Below are positions 14,554 through 28,757 of a DNA stretch of 63,936 bases, one piece after another. Source of the DNA: Eledone cirrhosa (taxonomy: Eukaryota). The DNA lies in NCBI GenBank assembly GCA_964016885.1, contig CAXHJY010001282.1, forward strand, positions 1 to 63,936. Direction: 5' to 3'. The notes beneath the pieces were generated by a model, which did not search any database, was not told the DNA's origin, and saw only the letters and a list, made by a program, of their open reading frames with translations. The first letter of the stretch is position 1, and every line of letters starts with the position of its first letter. Position numbers and translations under genes: made by a program.

Positions 14554-16138
14554 CCTACCAATAACTCCTCCCTCTCTACTTTAGCCTTAGAGTCCTCTCA
14601 ATAAACGGACAGTCACACACTTAGGTAGTTAGACGGCTAAGATTGTTTGCGCACTTGCAAAGATACTCGGCATGTTTCCACGGAGTTCTCATAGCTGAGT
14701 GCTCTCTTTTAGAATACCTAGCTAGTAAATAGTTAGATTGATTACACAGTTAGGACTGATTACGCTCCCTATACATGGATCTACACACAGTACCCACTTC
14801 CTTTAGACATTGAGCTCCCACATTTACGAATGTCACGTTCCTACCGACTGAACACTACACCAGGTTTTGATGCGTGATCATCTAACCATGGAGGACTCAT
14901 TGTTACGGATTGAACAATGATACTGACACACCATTAATGGTCATACACACATTCACTGTCCTGTATTTTCTTACTTCACCTTCTATGCTGAATAACGCAC
15001 CTCCACCACTCAAACAACTATCTTAAAAGCTCATTGGCCCATGTGGCGGGAGATCGCACTTGCGGACTCATTTACCCTATACCCAACCCTGCATAGCCCT
15101 TTGCCGGCCCACACTGCAGTTGCTTGCACGCACGGATTTGGTGTCACGGATTCTCAACGGGACAGCGGTACACAAGGAGTTCGACATGAGCTGATTGCTT
15201 GCTCTTCAGATGGATGTGTATATACCCGGACCCCCCCCCTTTTTGGACGATTCGGATGTGTGTATACCTTTTACCATAACACACACTTGAAGATATGGAT
15301 GTTACAATTGGATCTTTACACGTATAGCAGAACATTGAACTGAACTTACTTGCGCGCACGCACGTGTGTGTATGTGTCTAGCGTTGGTTAACCCAATATT
15401 TCCAATCTACATCGTCGAATTGAGCTCTTCACATGGATGTGTATATACCCAGACCCCCCCCCCCATTTTTTTGTTTGGCTGATTCGGATGTGTATTTACC
15501 ATTTACCATAACACACACTTGAAGATATTGATGTTACAATTGGATCTTTACACGTACAGCAGAACACTGAACTGAACTTACTTGCGCGCACGCGCTTGTG
15601 TCTGTGTGTATGTGTGTGTAGCGTTGGTTGACCTAATATTTCCGATTTACATGGTCAAATTGAGATTTGACCGACATAATTTCTGTTGCTTTACGAACTG
15701 ACTTTTCGGTGATTGCTGTGTTGGTACATTCTTATATGTGCTTCTTTTTCTCGAATATCGCTTCCGTGTGTGTTAGAGTGTGTGTGTGCCCACCCACGCT
15801 AATTCTGCGGTTTAATACTGTGTTTATGTGTGTATATATATGTATTTATTTTTATGTTTATTTTTATTTTTCTTTGACCTCGAGCCGATGTATGCGGGTG
15901 TGGCGCGTGTGTGTACCCACTCACTTCTAACTGTGACTGACTGCATCCCTACGGATTTGTTCGATGTCCAGCGTCTTTTGCAGCGATAGAAGTCTGAAAA
16001 CTTTTATGACCTCAGTTTAAGCTAATAGCAGTCGCCTTATCTCTGACTGACTGGTGTGTCTCCATATGAGGGAATGAATTATGTGAGGAAACATCGTTTT
16101 TTTCTCCCTCATATCAAGAATTTGAAGACAATTCATTT

Positions 16139-16212
16139 TCACCTGATGAGATCAGTGATAATCGATCGTGGCTTCACAATCAATCTATCTCTTATTGAAA
16201 CATGTGTCGTGA
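16139..16212 (+). ncRNA. HHR, extended stem II (family F)
   Basis: tcac-CTGATGA...GAAACATGTGTC-gtga with a perfect stem I. Confidence 0.78.
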
Positions 16213-16439
16213 TTAAATGATTGGAATTTTACCTTGCCTTCGGATTTTCATTTTGATACTTATACTCTGTTTTACATCATCTAGCTGTTCCCTCGAATGG
16301 AATTGGAGATATACAAAGGCGTGGAGAACTTAATATTGCTAACATAAAGTTATTGGACCATTTTACACAACCAATATTGCACCTTATTATATAACAACTT
16401 AAAGCTCCTATTTTTGTTGAGCACTTAATGCTGTTAAAA

Positions 16440-16560
16440 TTATTCTGATGAAATGACAGTTGATAATAACATTGAAATATTGAGTGTCTGCATAATTAAT
16501 ACTTTGTAGATAGCAGCTGTTTTCAGGTTATGTAACTGTTATTGAAACACGTGTCAATAA
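16440..16560 (+). ncRNA. HHR with 92-nt stem II (family G)
   Basis: ttatt-CTGATGA-aatgacagtt...aactgttatt-GAAAC ACGT GTC-aataa. Confidence 0.82.
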
Positions 16561-16763
16561 ATTCCTTTTAACTGAACTGTATCCATTTAAATCCTTCTAT
16601 TTTCTCCGGATTACTTTTGAAACTATAACTGGAACCGTCGAGCAAACTCTACGTGAGCTGTCCACCTACTGTGTGTAATATTCATATTACAACACTACGG
16701 AAAATACTATATATTTACCTCCTGTAAAGTTGAGCAACCCACACAGCAAACGCAACCACAACA

Positions 16764-19093
16764 ATGGAAAAGCACTACCTGGATATGTCACTCAAAAACA
16801 TACCAACCCAAGGTAGAAAGGAATACTTATTGAGTATGATACAAAAAACAAATGAATTCATTCGACGTGTCAGGTGGAAAACGCTCCACTATGATAGAAG
16901 CCGTATGAACTCACCATCAGAAAGTGGTGTAAACAACAAATTTGGTTTCAGAACGTGTAAAAACCCACCCACTAACCCACTATTAGATGCATTTGAGCAG
17001 GACCTTATGGACTTAATCCTTAAAATTAAATTTAAAGGACGTAACACCAACAACAAACTGCAGAAAGATATTAAAAAACTACTGGACGACCTTAAAAACA
17101 CCAAAGGAATTGTAGTAAAAGCGGACAAAACATCTAACCTGTATACTATGGACTGCACTACATACAACAACTTCATTCGAAAAGAATTACATAAAAAATA
17201 TAGAAAAACGAGTGAAGTAACTCTTAAGCACATCAATGATGAGGCATGCGAAATAGTGAAAAATCTCGGAATCGAAGATAGGACAGGACCACTCTTACCG
17301 GCGGTACCCACCTTCAATCTTAAGGACCATAAGGTAAACTTTGATAATGACCCTAAAATTAGATTAATCTGCCCCTCTAAATCAGATATAGGTAAAATAA
17401 GCAAATATATCTTAGATAGAATCATCCCCCAAATTAAGGCTAAGGTTAACATTAAACTCTGGGGGAAGACCCAAGAAGCAATAAGATGGTTTAATAGCAT
17501 TAGCAATAAGAATAAATCTAAGTTTATCCAGTTTGATATCGACGAATATTACTCATCGATATCACCTGAAACTCTGAATAGAGCCATTAAGTTTGCTAAG
17601 GACAACTCTGACCTTACAAACGAAGAAATTAAGATTATATTAGAAGCTAGGAAAACTATAGTCAAATTTGAGAACAGTTATTGGGTTCGTAAAGATAGAC
17701 CCTCTAACTTTGACATAACAATGGGCTCTAACGATTCGGCGGAAATAACTGATATTGTGGGGTTATTTATCGCCTTTAGACTCCAGGAAAAATTCAGTAA
17801 TCTCCACGGTGAAATATACCGCGACGATGTTCTCCTCCTAGTTAAAAACCTAAATAACTAAAAACTAGAAAAACTACGCAAAGATATAAGAAAACTACTA
17901 CTTGAAATAGGACTAACTATAACATATGAATACAACCTTAAAGTAGTTAACTTCCTGGATGTCACACTCAATTTAAACTCTGGTCTGATTAAACCGTTTC
18001 ATAAATTGAATGAAAATCTCAAGTACGTAAATGTTGGGTCTAACCACCCCATCTCTATAATTAAATCTATCCCTAAAAATATTTCCCTTAGAATCTCGGG
18101 TCTATCTTCTAACATACAAGTATTTAAGGAACACGCCGAGTACTACGATAACGCCCTTAGTAAAGCAGGCTACCTCAACAAAATAGAGTATATAGATGAA
18201 AACAATCAAAACACCCAAAATAAATCCCACATAGGTAGATATAATAACACAACACCAAACCACACTTACTACCATAGTATACACACCAGTAAACCAACAA
18301 ACAAAACTAATAGAAAGCTATGCAAAGAGTACTTATGGTATAACCCTGAATACAATAGTTCCATTAGTACAAATTTACCAGTACTCTTCTTTAAAATAGT
18401 TAAGAGACATTTGCCTACATCACACAAATACCACAAAATCCTATACCCTACCACTATAAGACTGTCATACTCTACAGCGTTAAACCTTGAACAACACATA
18501 AAAAAGATCAATACTAGAAGGTTAAACGAAAACACTAAAAACGTTAGTACAAAGAACACAAAAAACAGTAGACAATACAATACAGAACATAAATAAACCA
18601 CACCTAAGTTCGTCCGCAATACTACTCCAGAGTAAACCTAACTACAAAACCAACGTACACAACTGTAACTGCACCTATCCTGACAATTGCCCCCTCGGCA
18701 ATAACTGCCTGGAAAAAAATATCATCTATAAGTGTACCATTGAATCCGGAGGCAACGAGTGGTATTACGTGGGATCAACGGCAACATCGTTTAAATCTCG
18801 ATTTTATAGGCATTCTTACTCAATAAAACACCAGCCAAAGAAATGTAACAACTTTAGCAGAAAAAGCTTGGACGCTCAGGGATAGCGATCAAAAGTTTAC
18901 CCTAAAATGGGAGAAATTAGCTAAAACCCAAAGCTTTTCCAGGAGCCAAAATTTCTGCAAATTGTGTAATCTTGAGATTTATTACATAATCACACACAAG
19001 AAGAAATTGCTTAATAACAGAATTGAACGAACATTATTCTGCCGCCACCGAACTAAAACCCTTTTTCCCCACTACAAGCTGAATATTACATAA
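16764..19093 (+). pseudogene. PLE RT + GIY-YIG polyprotein, disrupted
   Basis: MEK start, QFDIDEYYSSI, ITMGSNDS, IYRDDVL, WYNP, CNCTYPDNCPLGNNC, IIYKC..YVGST; TAA at 17859 and 18594, frameshift near 18830. Confidence 0.92.
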
Positions 19094-19368
19094 AAGAGGG
19101 ACATCCCCCCAACTATATAAACCTCAATCTAGTTAGAAAAATATAAAAACAATCTCTTCTCAACATATATATGTATATTAATAACCTTAAATTACCACAC
19201 TAATAATGGAAAGATATGCTGATGAGAATAGGTGCGAATATGCTATAATGAATGTGTCTAAAAGCGATCATATGTATGTATATATATGTGAAAATGTATA
19301 TAAATAAGTAAATATATATATATGTGTGATGTGTATAGTTAGATGTATGTGTATTCATGTATTAAAGT

Positions 19369-19419
<51 letters not shown>

Positions 19420-19956
19420 GACAGGAGTATGTATGTATATATGTGTGTACCTATACGTGTGTATATGAAGATAAGTTGAGTATGAAAATGTATATACATG
19501 AATGCGTATGTATGTACATATATATATGTATATATATGTATATATATATGTGCAGGTATATACGTATGTAAGTATGAGCATGTAAGTATGTGTATGTGAA
19601 TGTATGTATTTTGTAGAGGTGTGCATATATGTTTGTGTGTGAATGTGTGGGCGAACGGATACATACACTTGAAAGAAAAATGTAAGTCTGTATGTTAATT
19701 AAGTGCAAACACAAAACCAACCATGCATATCTTTACTATCTCTAATCCTTCTATAGATTTAGAAAAATAACCAACGCCAAATAATGTATTCTATAAAAAT
19801 GTCAAAACAACAGATGGGAATCTAATTACTCACTGCTACCAAAAATTCTCACTGCTATCAAAAAGATCTCTATCCACTCCCTTAACTATTCTTCCAAAAA
19901 TCTTCACCCCTCCCTCTTAATATTCTGTATAAAAGCCAAACAGGTTCTCAATAAAA

Positions 19957-20077
19957 TTATTCTGATGAAATGACAGTTGATAATAACATTGAAATATTGA
20001 GTGTCTGCATAATTAATACTTTGTAGATAGCAGCTGTTTTCAGGTTATGTAACCGTTATTGAAACACGTGTCAATAA
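19957..20077 (+). ncRNA. HHR with long stem II (family G)
   Basis: Copy of 16440-16560. Confidence 0.8.
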
Positions 20078-20304
20078 ATTCCTTTTAACTGAACTGTATC
20101 CATTTAAATCCTTCTATTTTCTCCGGATTACTTTTGAAACTACAACTGGAACCGTCGAGCAAACTCTACGAGAGCTGACCATCTACTGTGTGTAATATTC
20201 ATATTACAACACTACGGAAAATACTATATATATATACGTATGTATATATATATATATACGTATGTATATATATATATATACGTATGTATATATATATATA
20301 TACG

Positions 20305-20336
<32 letters not shown>

Positions 20337-20337
20337 C

Positions 20338-20414
<77 letters not shown>

Positions 20415-20468
20415 CGTATGTATATATATATATATATACGTATGTATATATATATATATATATATACG

Positions 20469-20512
<44 letters not shown>

Positions 20513-20640
20513 CGTATGTATATATATATATATATATATACATATACGTATGTATATATATAAATATATATATATATATACGTATGTATATATATATACA
20601 TACGTATATATATACGTATATATTTACGTATATATTTACG

Positions 20641-20677
<37 letters not shown>

Positions 20678-20682
20678 ATACG

Positions 20683-20743
<61 letters not shown>

Positions 20744-20791
20744 GTATATATATATATATATATATACGTATGTATATATATATATACGTAC

Positions 20792-20840
<49 letters not shown>

Positions 20841-20879
20841 CGTATATATATATATATATATATATATACTTTTTTTTTT

Positions 20880-21700
20880 TTTCAATCATGTATATTTTTA
20901 TTTGTTTGACCCGAATTACTTGATCGTATTTTTAGGCTGTGCGAATGATTGTTTAAACATCGTCTCAGTGTGTTTGGTATTAAACGTTAGTTATAGCTCT
21001 CGTTCATCCGAACCATTGAGCACTTTGCCGCACATTTCGGAGATTGTTTTTCGTTATTTCGTGGGCCAAAGTTTCGATTCTCGATAATTTTATTTGTATT
21101 TTTCTTCAGACTCTAGCTATTGATCAGTTAATTTTATTGATTTTTTAGTTGATTCTATTGACTGATGAATAGCTTATGTTAACTTTAACCCGTCTGTTGA
21201 GAACTCTAATTCGATTTGTGATATTTTGTATTCTTACAATAATATTCACAACTGAATTCATTCGCCTAATATAGGGGTTGCCTCCCTTGCTGATCCCCAC
21301 GTCGATTCAGTAAAAGTCTACCCCTGTATTATTGAACTAAATGCCTGTTGAAAAAGCGAATTCCTTGTTCATCATCTTACCAGAAACCGGACATTTTTTA
21401 TGTAGGCGGACGGTACCTGATTTCGGAGTCGCAGAAACCCAAATGCTGGATTTTACCACCTTTCCAGGGGGTCCGGGTAAATTTTTCAATCATGTATATT
21501 TTTATTTGTTTGACCCGAATTACTTGATCGTATTTTTTGGCTGTGCGAATGATTGTTTAAACATCGTCTCAGTGTGTTTGGTATTAAACGTTAGTTATAG
21601 CTCTCGTTCATCCGAACCATTGAGCACTTTGCCGCACATTTCGGAGATTGTATTTCGTTATTTCGTGGGCCGAAGTTTCGATTCTCGATAATTTTATTTG

Positions 21701-21705
<5 letters not shown>
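20880..21705. mobile_element. Non-coding element with about 220-bp direct terminal repeats (period about 604 bp)
   Basis: 20880-21100 repeats at 21484-21705; flanked by (TA)n. Confidence 0.7.
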
Positions 21706-21770
<65 letters not shown>

Positions 21771-21825
21771 CGTATTTATATATATATATACATATATATA
21801 TATACATACTTATATATATATATAA

Positions 21826-22645
21826 GTATGTATACAGACGTACAGTAGTATGTATATATATATATATATACATACATGCACACCTATATATATATGTACG
21901 TATGGATTCACCGAACATTTATTATAATGTTCGGTTTGTTTGTAAACAAACAGCCCGAATTAAGCCGTACAATGTTCGGCAACCATCGTTGCCCTTTTGT
22001 TCAACACTGACAAAGGAACGATGAACTAGTTTCTAGCTTAATAGCTGTCATCAGCACCGTATACCTTCCTGTCAATCGATTGAACGTTTGAAAGTATATA
22101 CTTTCCTCATGCATATTAACGGCTGAGCAGCCTAATTTGCATATCGAGTTAGTTAGTCGGCCGGGCGTACCGAAAACGATAAGTGGATAAAATGAAATTT
22201 CATTTGTCACTCTTAGTACGGCTGATACTTAAATATAAGTATGTATACGTACATATACATATGCTCAGCCGTTAATATGCATAAGGAAAGTATATACTTT
22301 CAAACGTTCAATCGATTGACTGAAGGTATACGGTGCTGATGTCAGCTAATAATCTAGAAACTAGTTCATCGTTCCTTTGTCAGTGTTGATCAAAAGGCCA
22401 ACGATGGTTGCCGAACACTATGGCTTAATTCGGGCTGTTTGTTTACAAACAAACCGAACTTATAATAAATGTTCGGTAAACCCATACGTACATATATATA
22501 TATATGTGTGCATGTATGTATGTATATATATACTACTGTACGTCTGTATACATATATGTATGTACGTATACATACTTATATTTAAGTATCAGCCGTACTA
22601 AGAGTGAGAAATGAAATTTCATTTTTTCCAGTTATCGTTTTCAGT
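21826..22645. mobile_element. Inverted dimer of a retrozyme-like HHR repeat related to 54343-56379
   Basis: 21826-22260 (-) and 22261-22645 (+) are inverted copies and homologous to the 54-56 kb monomer. Confidence 0.8.
22017..22060 (-). ncRNA. Minimal HHR (family H); degenerate CTGATGT copy at about 22330-22373 (+)
   Basis: acggtg-CTGATGA-c agct atta agct a-GAAA CTAG TT-catcgt. Confidence 0.75.
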
Positions 22646-22660
22646 ACTTATAATTAATTG

Positions 22661-22848
22661 TTTTTACTTTTGGCACAAGCCCAGCAAATACTCAGTGCAT
22701 TGCATTACTGGTACTTTATTTTATCGACCCCGTAAGGATGAAAGGCAAAGTTAACCTCGGCGGGATTTGAACTCAGAATGGCAAGGGCCGTAACTCTATT
22801 CGTCAAAGCATGGCGTCCGACCCTCTACTGATATTGCCAATCCACCGC
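22661..22848 (-). mobile_element. tRNA-derived SINE with a Nin-like central domain
   Basis: Minus strand: GGCGGTGGATTGGC.., B box GAGTTCAAATCC, then GCCTTTCATCCTTACGGGGTCGATAAAATAAAGTACCAG. Confidence 0.75.
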
Positions 22849-23013
22849 CATATTGTTGTAATAATATTGCCAGAATTAATAACAGAACACACTCAATGTT
22901 TGGTTGGTTTTCGCTTCTGTATCTTTTATGTCAGTTAATTCGTCAATGTTTACCATTGACTGACCAACGGTCAAAAATACAGATATAATATAGATATAAA
23001 CACATATATATAT

Positions 23014-24757
23014 AGTCTAACAAAGTTCTTTCGTTGCACTTCTGCAACATCGTCAGTAGTGCTATTATGTTTCTCCTGTTGTATTGTATATTTACGCTAT
23101 CTTTATTTAATGTGTTTATTTATTTATTTATTTTTGTCTTCCCTGCGCATGCGTTTGCGTGTGTGTATAGTGTTCGGTGTATGTTCACGTTTGGGTGACT
23201 GTGTTTTTGTTATTGTATTCTATCTTAGTTTACTAGTGTGTGCTTATATGTGTTTGTTGTTATTGTGCTTGTGTATATATTTATTTATTTATTTATATTT
23301 CCCTTAAGTCAGTATTGTTAGTTTGGGTGTTGTTATTCCAGTTTACTGGTGTGTGCTTATATGTGTTTGTTGTTATTGTGCTTGTGTATATATTTATTTA
23401 TTTATTTATATTTCTCTTAAGTCAGTATTGTTTGTATGGGTGTTGTTATTCCATTCATTTTTTTTTCTGTTTAGCTTTGGCCTTCTAAATTCTATTTCAC
23501 TTGCCTCTCTGATTTGCCTATCTGCTGGGTCATTTCTATGTATAGATATTATTTTAATTTCTATGTTGTCTATGTTACCGTCATGTTGTTGTCTGGCGCG
23601 TTTGTATAGTACTGAACCGTTTTTTCGTCCTTTTAGTTTCCCCAGTGTTGGTCTATCCTTTCACCTATGCTACGAGCTGTCTCGCCTATGTATGTTGTTG
23701 TCATGTTTCTGCAAGTACTCTCTGTACATCTTACGCTATAGACTACGTTTCTAGTTTTACAGTTTATCCGGGGGTTTACCTTACATATAATACATTTCCT
23801 ATTAGTACAGTCGGTTTTCTTAAAAGGGCATGTTTTGCTGATCAGGGATTTTATGGTAGTTCCTGGCTTTTCTACCACCTTAATCTTTAAGTGGGTCTTT
23901 CTCATGGCCTTTCTACACTGGTTAGCTAATATCCCTCCAGGGGTAGCGTCCACGAACATGACACTCTGGTATCTCTGGTTGTCGTACCATGAGGTGGCTT
24001 TCCCTATCTTATGTTTAGTCCTATCTAAGCTATTCCATGATTTGCTCCTGTATAATGAGCAAATTCCTTTCATGTCCAGTTCTATGAGGGTCTTATACTT
24101 CTCCGTGCTCTGATTCTGACTCTTTGGTTGTAGCCAGAGAACTGCATGCGGTTGATGAAGTGTTGGATGTGTATTTCCATTTCTGTTGGGTCGCACATGC
24201 AGGACACGTTCATCATCACTCGTACCAAGTCTGCGATCAGAATATTAAACTTAGCACTACTGGACATTGCTGAGTTTTTGAGTATCAGGTATTTGGAGGC
24301 CATGGGTTTAGCATAGTATGAGTGGAGAATTTGGGCCCTCTATAGTGTTAATCCAGAGTTCCGTGTCTAATATAGGTAGTCTACTATATTAGGTGTTTCG
24401 AAGGGTAGTCGATAGTTACAGTTATACTCTGGTGTATGGAATTAGCTATCTGCTGGATGCTTTCCATCGTAATACATTCTAAATCATACTTGTTAGTACT
24501 CTCTTGTGGGGGTGTCCTTATTACTATATTTATGTAGTCTATGTAACGAGAGTACATGATGAAGTCTATGGAGCTCTCATCAAGGAGATCTTTGAGTCTC
24601 CTTTCCCACCATATCATAAAAAGGTTGGCAACGGCACCAGCTATGCTGACGACCAATGGCTGCTACCTCATTTTGGCTGTAGATCTTTTCGTTGAATTTG
24701 AATATATGGCCCATTAGGGTAATTTTAATCCTAGCCCCTATTGCATGCGCGACCATT
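23014..24757 (-). mobile_element. 5'-truncated Neptune-type PLE with disrupted RT-EN
   Basis: SIAGAVANLFM, YSRYIDY, CTNRKCIIC..NCKTRNVVYSVRC..YIGETARS; related to 47024-50098. Confidence 0.88.
23017..23059 (-). ncRNA. Minimal HHR-like motif (family I)
   Basis: CTGACGA-t gttgca gaag tgcaac-GAAA GAAC TT; stem I weak. Confidence 0.6.
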
Positions 24758-25125
24758 TCTGACCTCCCAAGAGTGCTGAAATTGGCCTGACTGTTTCACC
24801 TGAACATGTACAGATGACAACTGGACCCCGTTACAGTGTTATAGCGGCGGCATCCAACTTTAATGAAAATAGGCAGTAGCTTGATAATACGGGTTCGATT
24901 CCAGATTAAAATATTTTTTTAATTTCCTTTTATTGGTATAAGTATATGAAAGAAGGAAGGAAACCTCCATTGGTTTGGACGAGTTATCCAGTTGTTCGAT
25001 CAAAGGTACAGTCTACTCATGAAATTCACGTGTAAATGGTTGAAAATTCCACATATGTCTATTATTAACGTAAGTTTCATGAAGATTCAGCGCCACATGT
25101 ATATATACATATGTATATATATATG

Positions 25126-25261
<136 letters not shown>

Positions 25262-25263
25262 AG

Positions 25264-25314
<51 letters not shown>

Positions 25315-25405
25315 ATATATATATGTGTATATATATATATGTATATATATGTATATATGTATATATATATATGTATATATGTATATATATATATGTATAT
25401 ATGTA

Positions 25406-25575
<170 letters not shown>

Positions 25576-25773
25576 GATAAATCTACCAAGAGTTTACGGT
25601 AGTGTCCAATCCGTATGAAGAACTCAATGTAATCCGGATATCATGGAAAGAAGAGATGCAATGAAAAATCACTTTCGGTGAAAGATAAACGGAATACAGA
25701 GTCAAGATAAAATATTAAAAAAATAATGAATAAAACAATGAAACAGTTCCTTATATTAAAACAAAAAAAGTTC

Positions 25774-25921
25774 ATTATTTAACGATCGTTTCTAGGATAT
25801 ATATGTGTTAGAATTGGCATGCATATTCAACAGATCTATGTACAAAATTATACAAAATTATACAAACTATCAAAATTAAATATACATACCAACACATATA
25901 TAAGCCGTCTTCAGAAATAAT
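25774..25921 (-). ncRNA. HHR family A in the 3' pseudo-LTR
   Basis: attattt-CTGAAGA...GAAACGATCGTT-aaataat. Confidence 0.75.
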
Positions 25922-26528
25922 GAAATATATTTATTGATAATAACAACAATTCAAAATTACAGGTCTGTTTGGGAACAGAGTTCAAATTGACCAATGAAAA
26001 TACAAAAAGTTTATACAGTTAGGTGTGTGTATATATGCAATTAACTTCGTTCACAGATATGCATAAAGATATATGTTCACATGCATACGCATGCCAAAAA
26101 GATGTATGTAAATACAAAAATTCAAGGCTAATGTCTCTGTATGTTTATAATCTACAGATAAAATACGTATATACATATAAATATAAAAATAAATATATAC
26201 ACACATTCATATACTCACACATATAAGTACATTCACACACACACGCACGCATACGCATAAACATACACACAACCACGAACATAGATACACCCCCCCCCAC
26301 CCCCACACACATATATATGTGTATATACTATTATCATAAGCATATGGACATTAATGCGCGCACATAAACACTGCCACACATATTTAGATCCAGATACAGA
26401 AGGTAGGTGGGGGGGGGGGGGAAGAGGTCAGTATACACCGGTGTCAGCAGACTGCCTATTTATAAATGTATCTATAAATTTAGAAATAAAAAGAAAAGAA
26501 AAGGAAAAGAAAAAAGAAATATATCAAG

Positions 26529-26587
<59 letters not shown>

Positions 26588-26621
26588 AAGTAAAATATAA
26601 AATATACATCAATATACATAC

Positions 26622-26674
<53 letters not shown>

Positions 26675-26891
26675 CATATACATACACTTACATACACATA
26701 TACACAAACACATACATACACATGCATATACATACACACACCATATAAATACACATACACATACACACACGCATACATATAGAGACACATACATATACAC
26801 ATATAAATACATATACATATACACATATACACACATATATATATATACACACATACACGCATACATATATATATATATATATACATTCACA

Positions 26892-26934
<43 letters not shown>

Positions 26935-27015
26935 TATCTACACACATACATAAACACACTCATGTATATACACACATACACATACATACCCACATATAAA
27001 TATATATATATATAT

Positions 27016-27049
<34 letters not shown>

Positions 27050-27073
27050 ATACACACATATATATATATATAT

Positions 27074-27128
<55 letters not shown>

Positions 27129-27522
27129 CATATATACACACATACATACACACACATACACATACACATATATAAAGATATATATACACACATACACACA
27201 CATACATACTCATACATAGATATACATATATACTCACACACACATACACACATACATATACGCATATATACACATACATACACATCCATATATGCGTATA
27301 TACATATAAACACCACCACACGCTCACACAACTCAGACATACATAAATAAAGGGATATACATACACATATATGCATATATAAATAGAGATACATATACAC
27401 ATGTAAATATATACACACGTACACACACAAACACACATACATACACATACATACACACATACACATATATATACACACACATACACATACACAGACATAT
27501 ACATATATATATATATATACAC

Positions 27523-27565
<43 letters not shown>

Positions 27566-27687
27566 CATACATATACACATACATATATATAAAAAAAAAA
27601 ATAAATAAAATAAATAAATAAATAAATAAATTAATACACACAGTCAGACAAATATGCACACACATACATATACATATATATATACAT

Positions 27688-27732
<45 letters not shown>

Positions 27733-27774
27733 TACACATACATACATATATATATACACATACACACATCAACT

Positions 27775-27820
<46 letters not shown>

Positions 27821-27989
27821 ATATATCTACACACACACACATATACATGCGCACATACGTACATATATACACATACACACATATACACATAGACATATAC
27901 ATGTGCATACATATACATACACACATATACCCACATAAATACATAGATACATACATATATACACATATATATACATACACATATATACC

Positions 27990-28037
<48 letters not shown>

Positions 28038-28229
28038 ATCATACACCCTTATTTACATGCGCACATATGTATTTTTATACTCACATACAAACACCCAAAC
28101 ATACATACCTACCTACGTATACATATATACATTCACGCTTACAAATACAAATAATAATAGTAGGGGCGGGGAGGGGGGGAGGGGATTATAGTAAATATAG
28201 GTTTCAAGAAACATAGAATATTAATCTGC

Positions 28230-28716
28230 ATTTAGATCATAATATGTGTTTACACAGTAGTTTCTGTATTAGGAAATGTAAGAAAGATGGCAAAATTATG
28301 CATTTCAATATAAGTATACCATTAATTATAGGTTAACTAAATTAAAGATAGTTAATATATTGATTTCTAAGGTGTATACTACTTAGGTTTATAATATTTG
28401 AAGCGGAATTTTGAAGTTAAATAGTAGTAGAGTATTAATTATAGTATAACTAAATTAAAATTATTAACGTTATAGTATCAATATTAGGAAATGAATTTAG
28501 TAATAGGGAAAAAAACAAATAAAGTATTACATCGGTAGTAGAATATAAATTATAGGTTAACTAAATTAAAAATTATATATTAATTTCTATAGTATATGTT
28601 AATTAGGTTTATAATAATTAAAGCAGATATTGTATTTTATCTATAGTAGAATATAATTATAGGTAAACAGAAATTAAAATTAATACATACACATATACAT
28701 ATACATATATATATAC

Positions 28717-28757
<41 letters not shown>

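Larger units (their letters stand above)
10475..16437 (+). mobile_element. Naiad-like PLE 1: 5' double inversion, pseudo-LTR 10571-11799, ORF, pseudo-LTR 14984-16437
   Basis: About 1.2-kb direct repeats, the 3' copy with an internal duplication of about 225 bp; 10510-10564 is an inverted copy of about 10614-10667. Confidence 0.9.
16435..20231 (+). mobile_element. Naiad-like PLE 2 with pseudo-LTRs at 16435-16714 and 19952-20231
   Basis: About 280-bp direct repeats flanking an RT-EN ORF; 3' end abuts (TA)n. Confidence 0.9.

Noticed and set aside
10571-16437. LTR retrotransposon
   Set aside because: No gag, protease or integrase and no TG..CA ends; RT plus GIY-YIG identifies the repeats as PLE pseudo-LTRs
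16889-17506. Antisense ORFs over RT regions (also 42240-43276, 44630-45017 and 47385-47831)
   Set aside because: Shadow ORFs of the coding strands with no recognisable motifs
19214-19273. Additional HHR in the PLE 2 3' UTR (atatg-CTGATGA...catat)
   Set aside because: The GAAA box is absent (AAAAG); at best a relic
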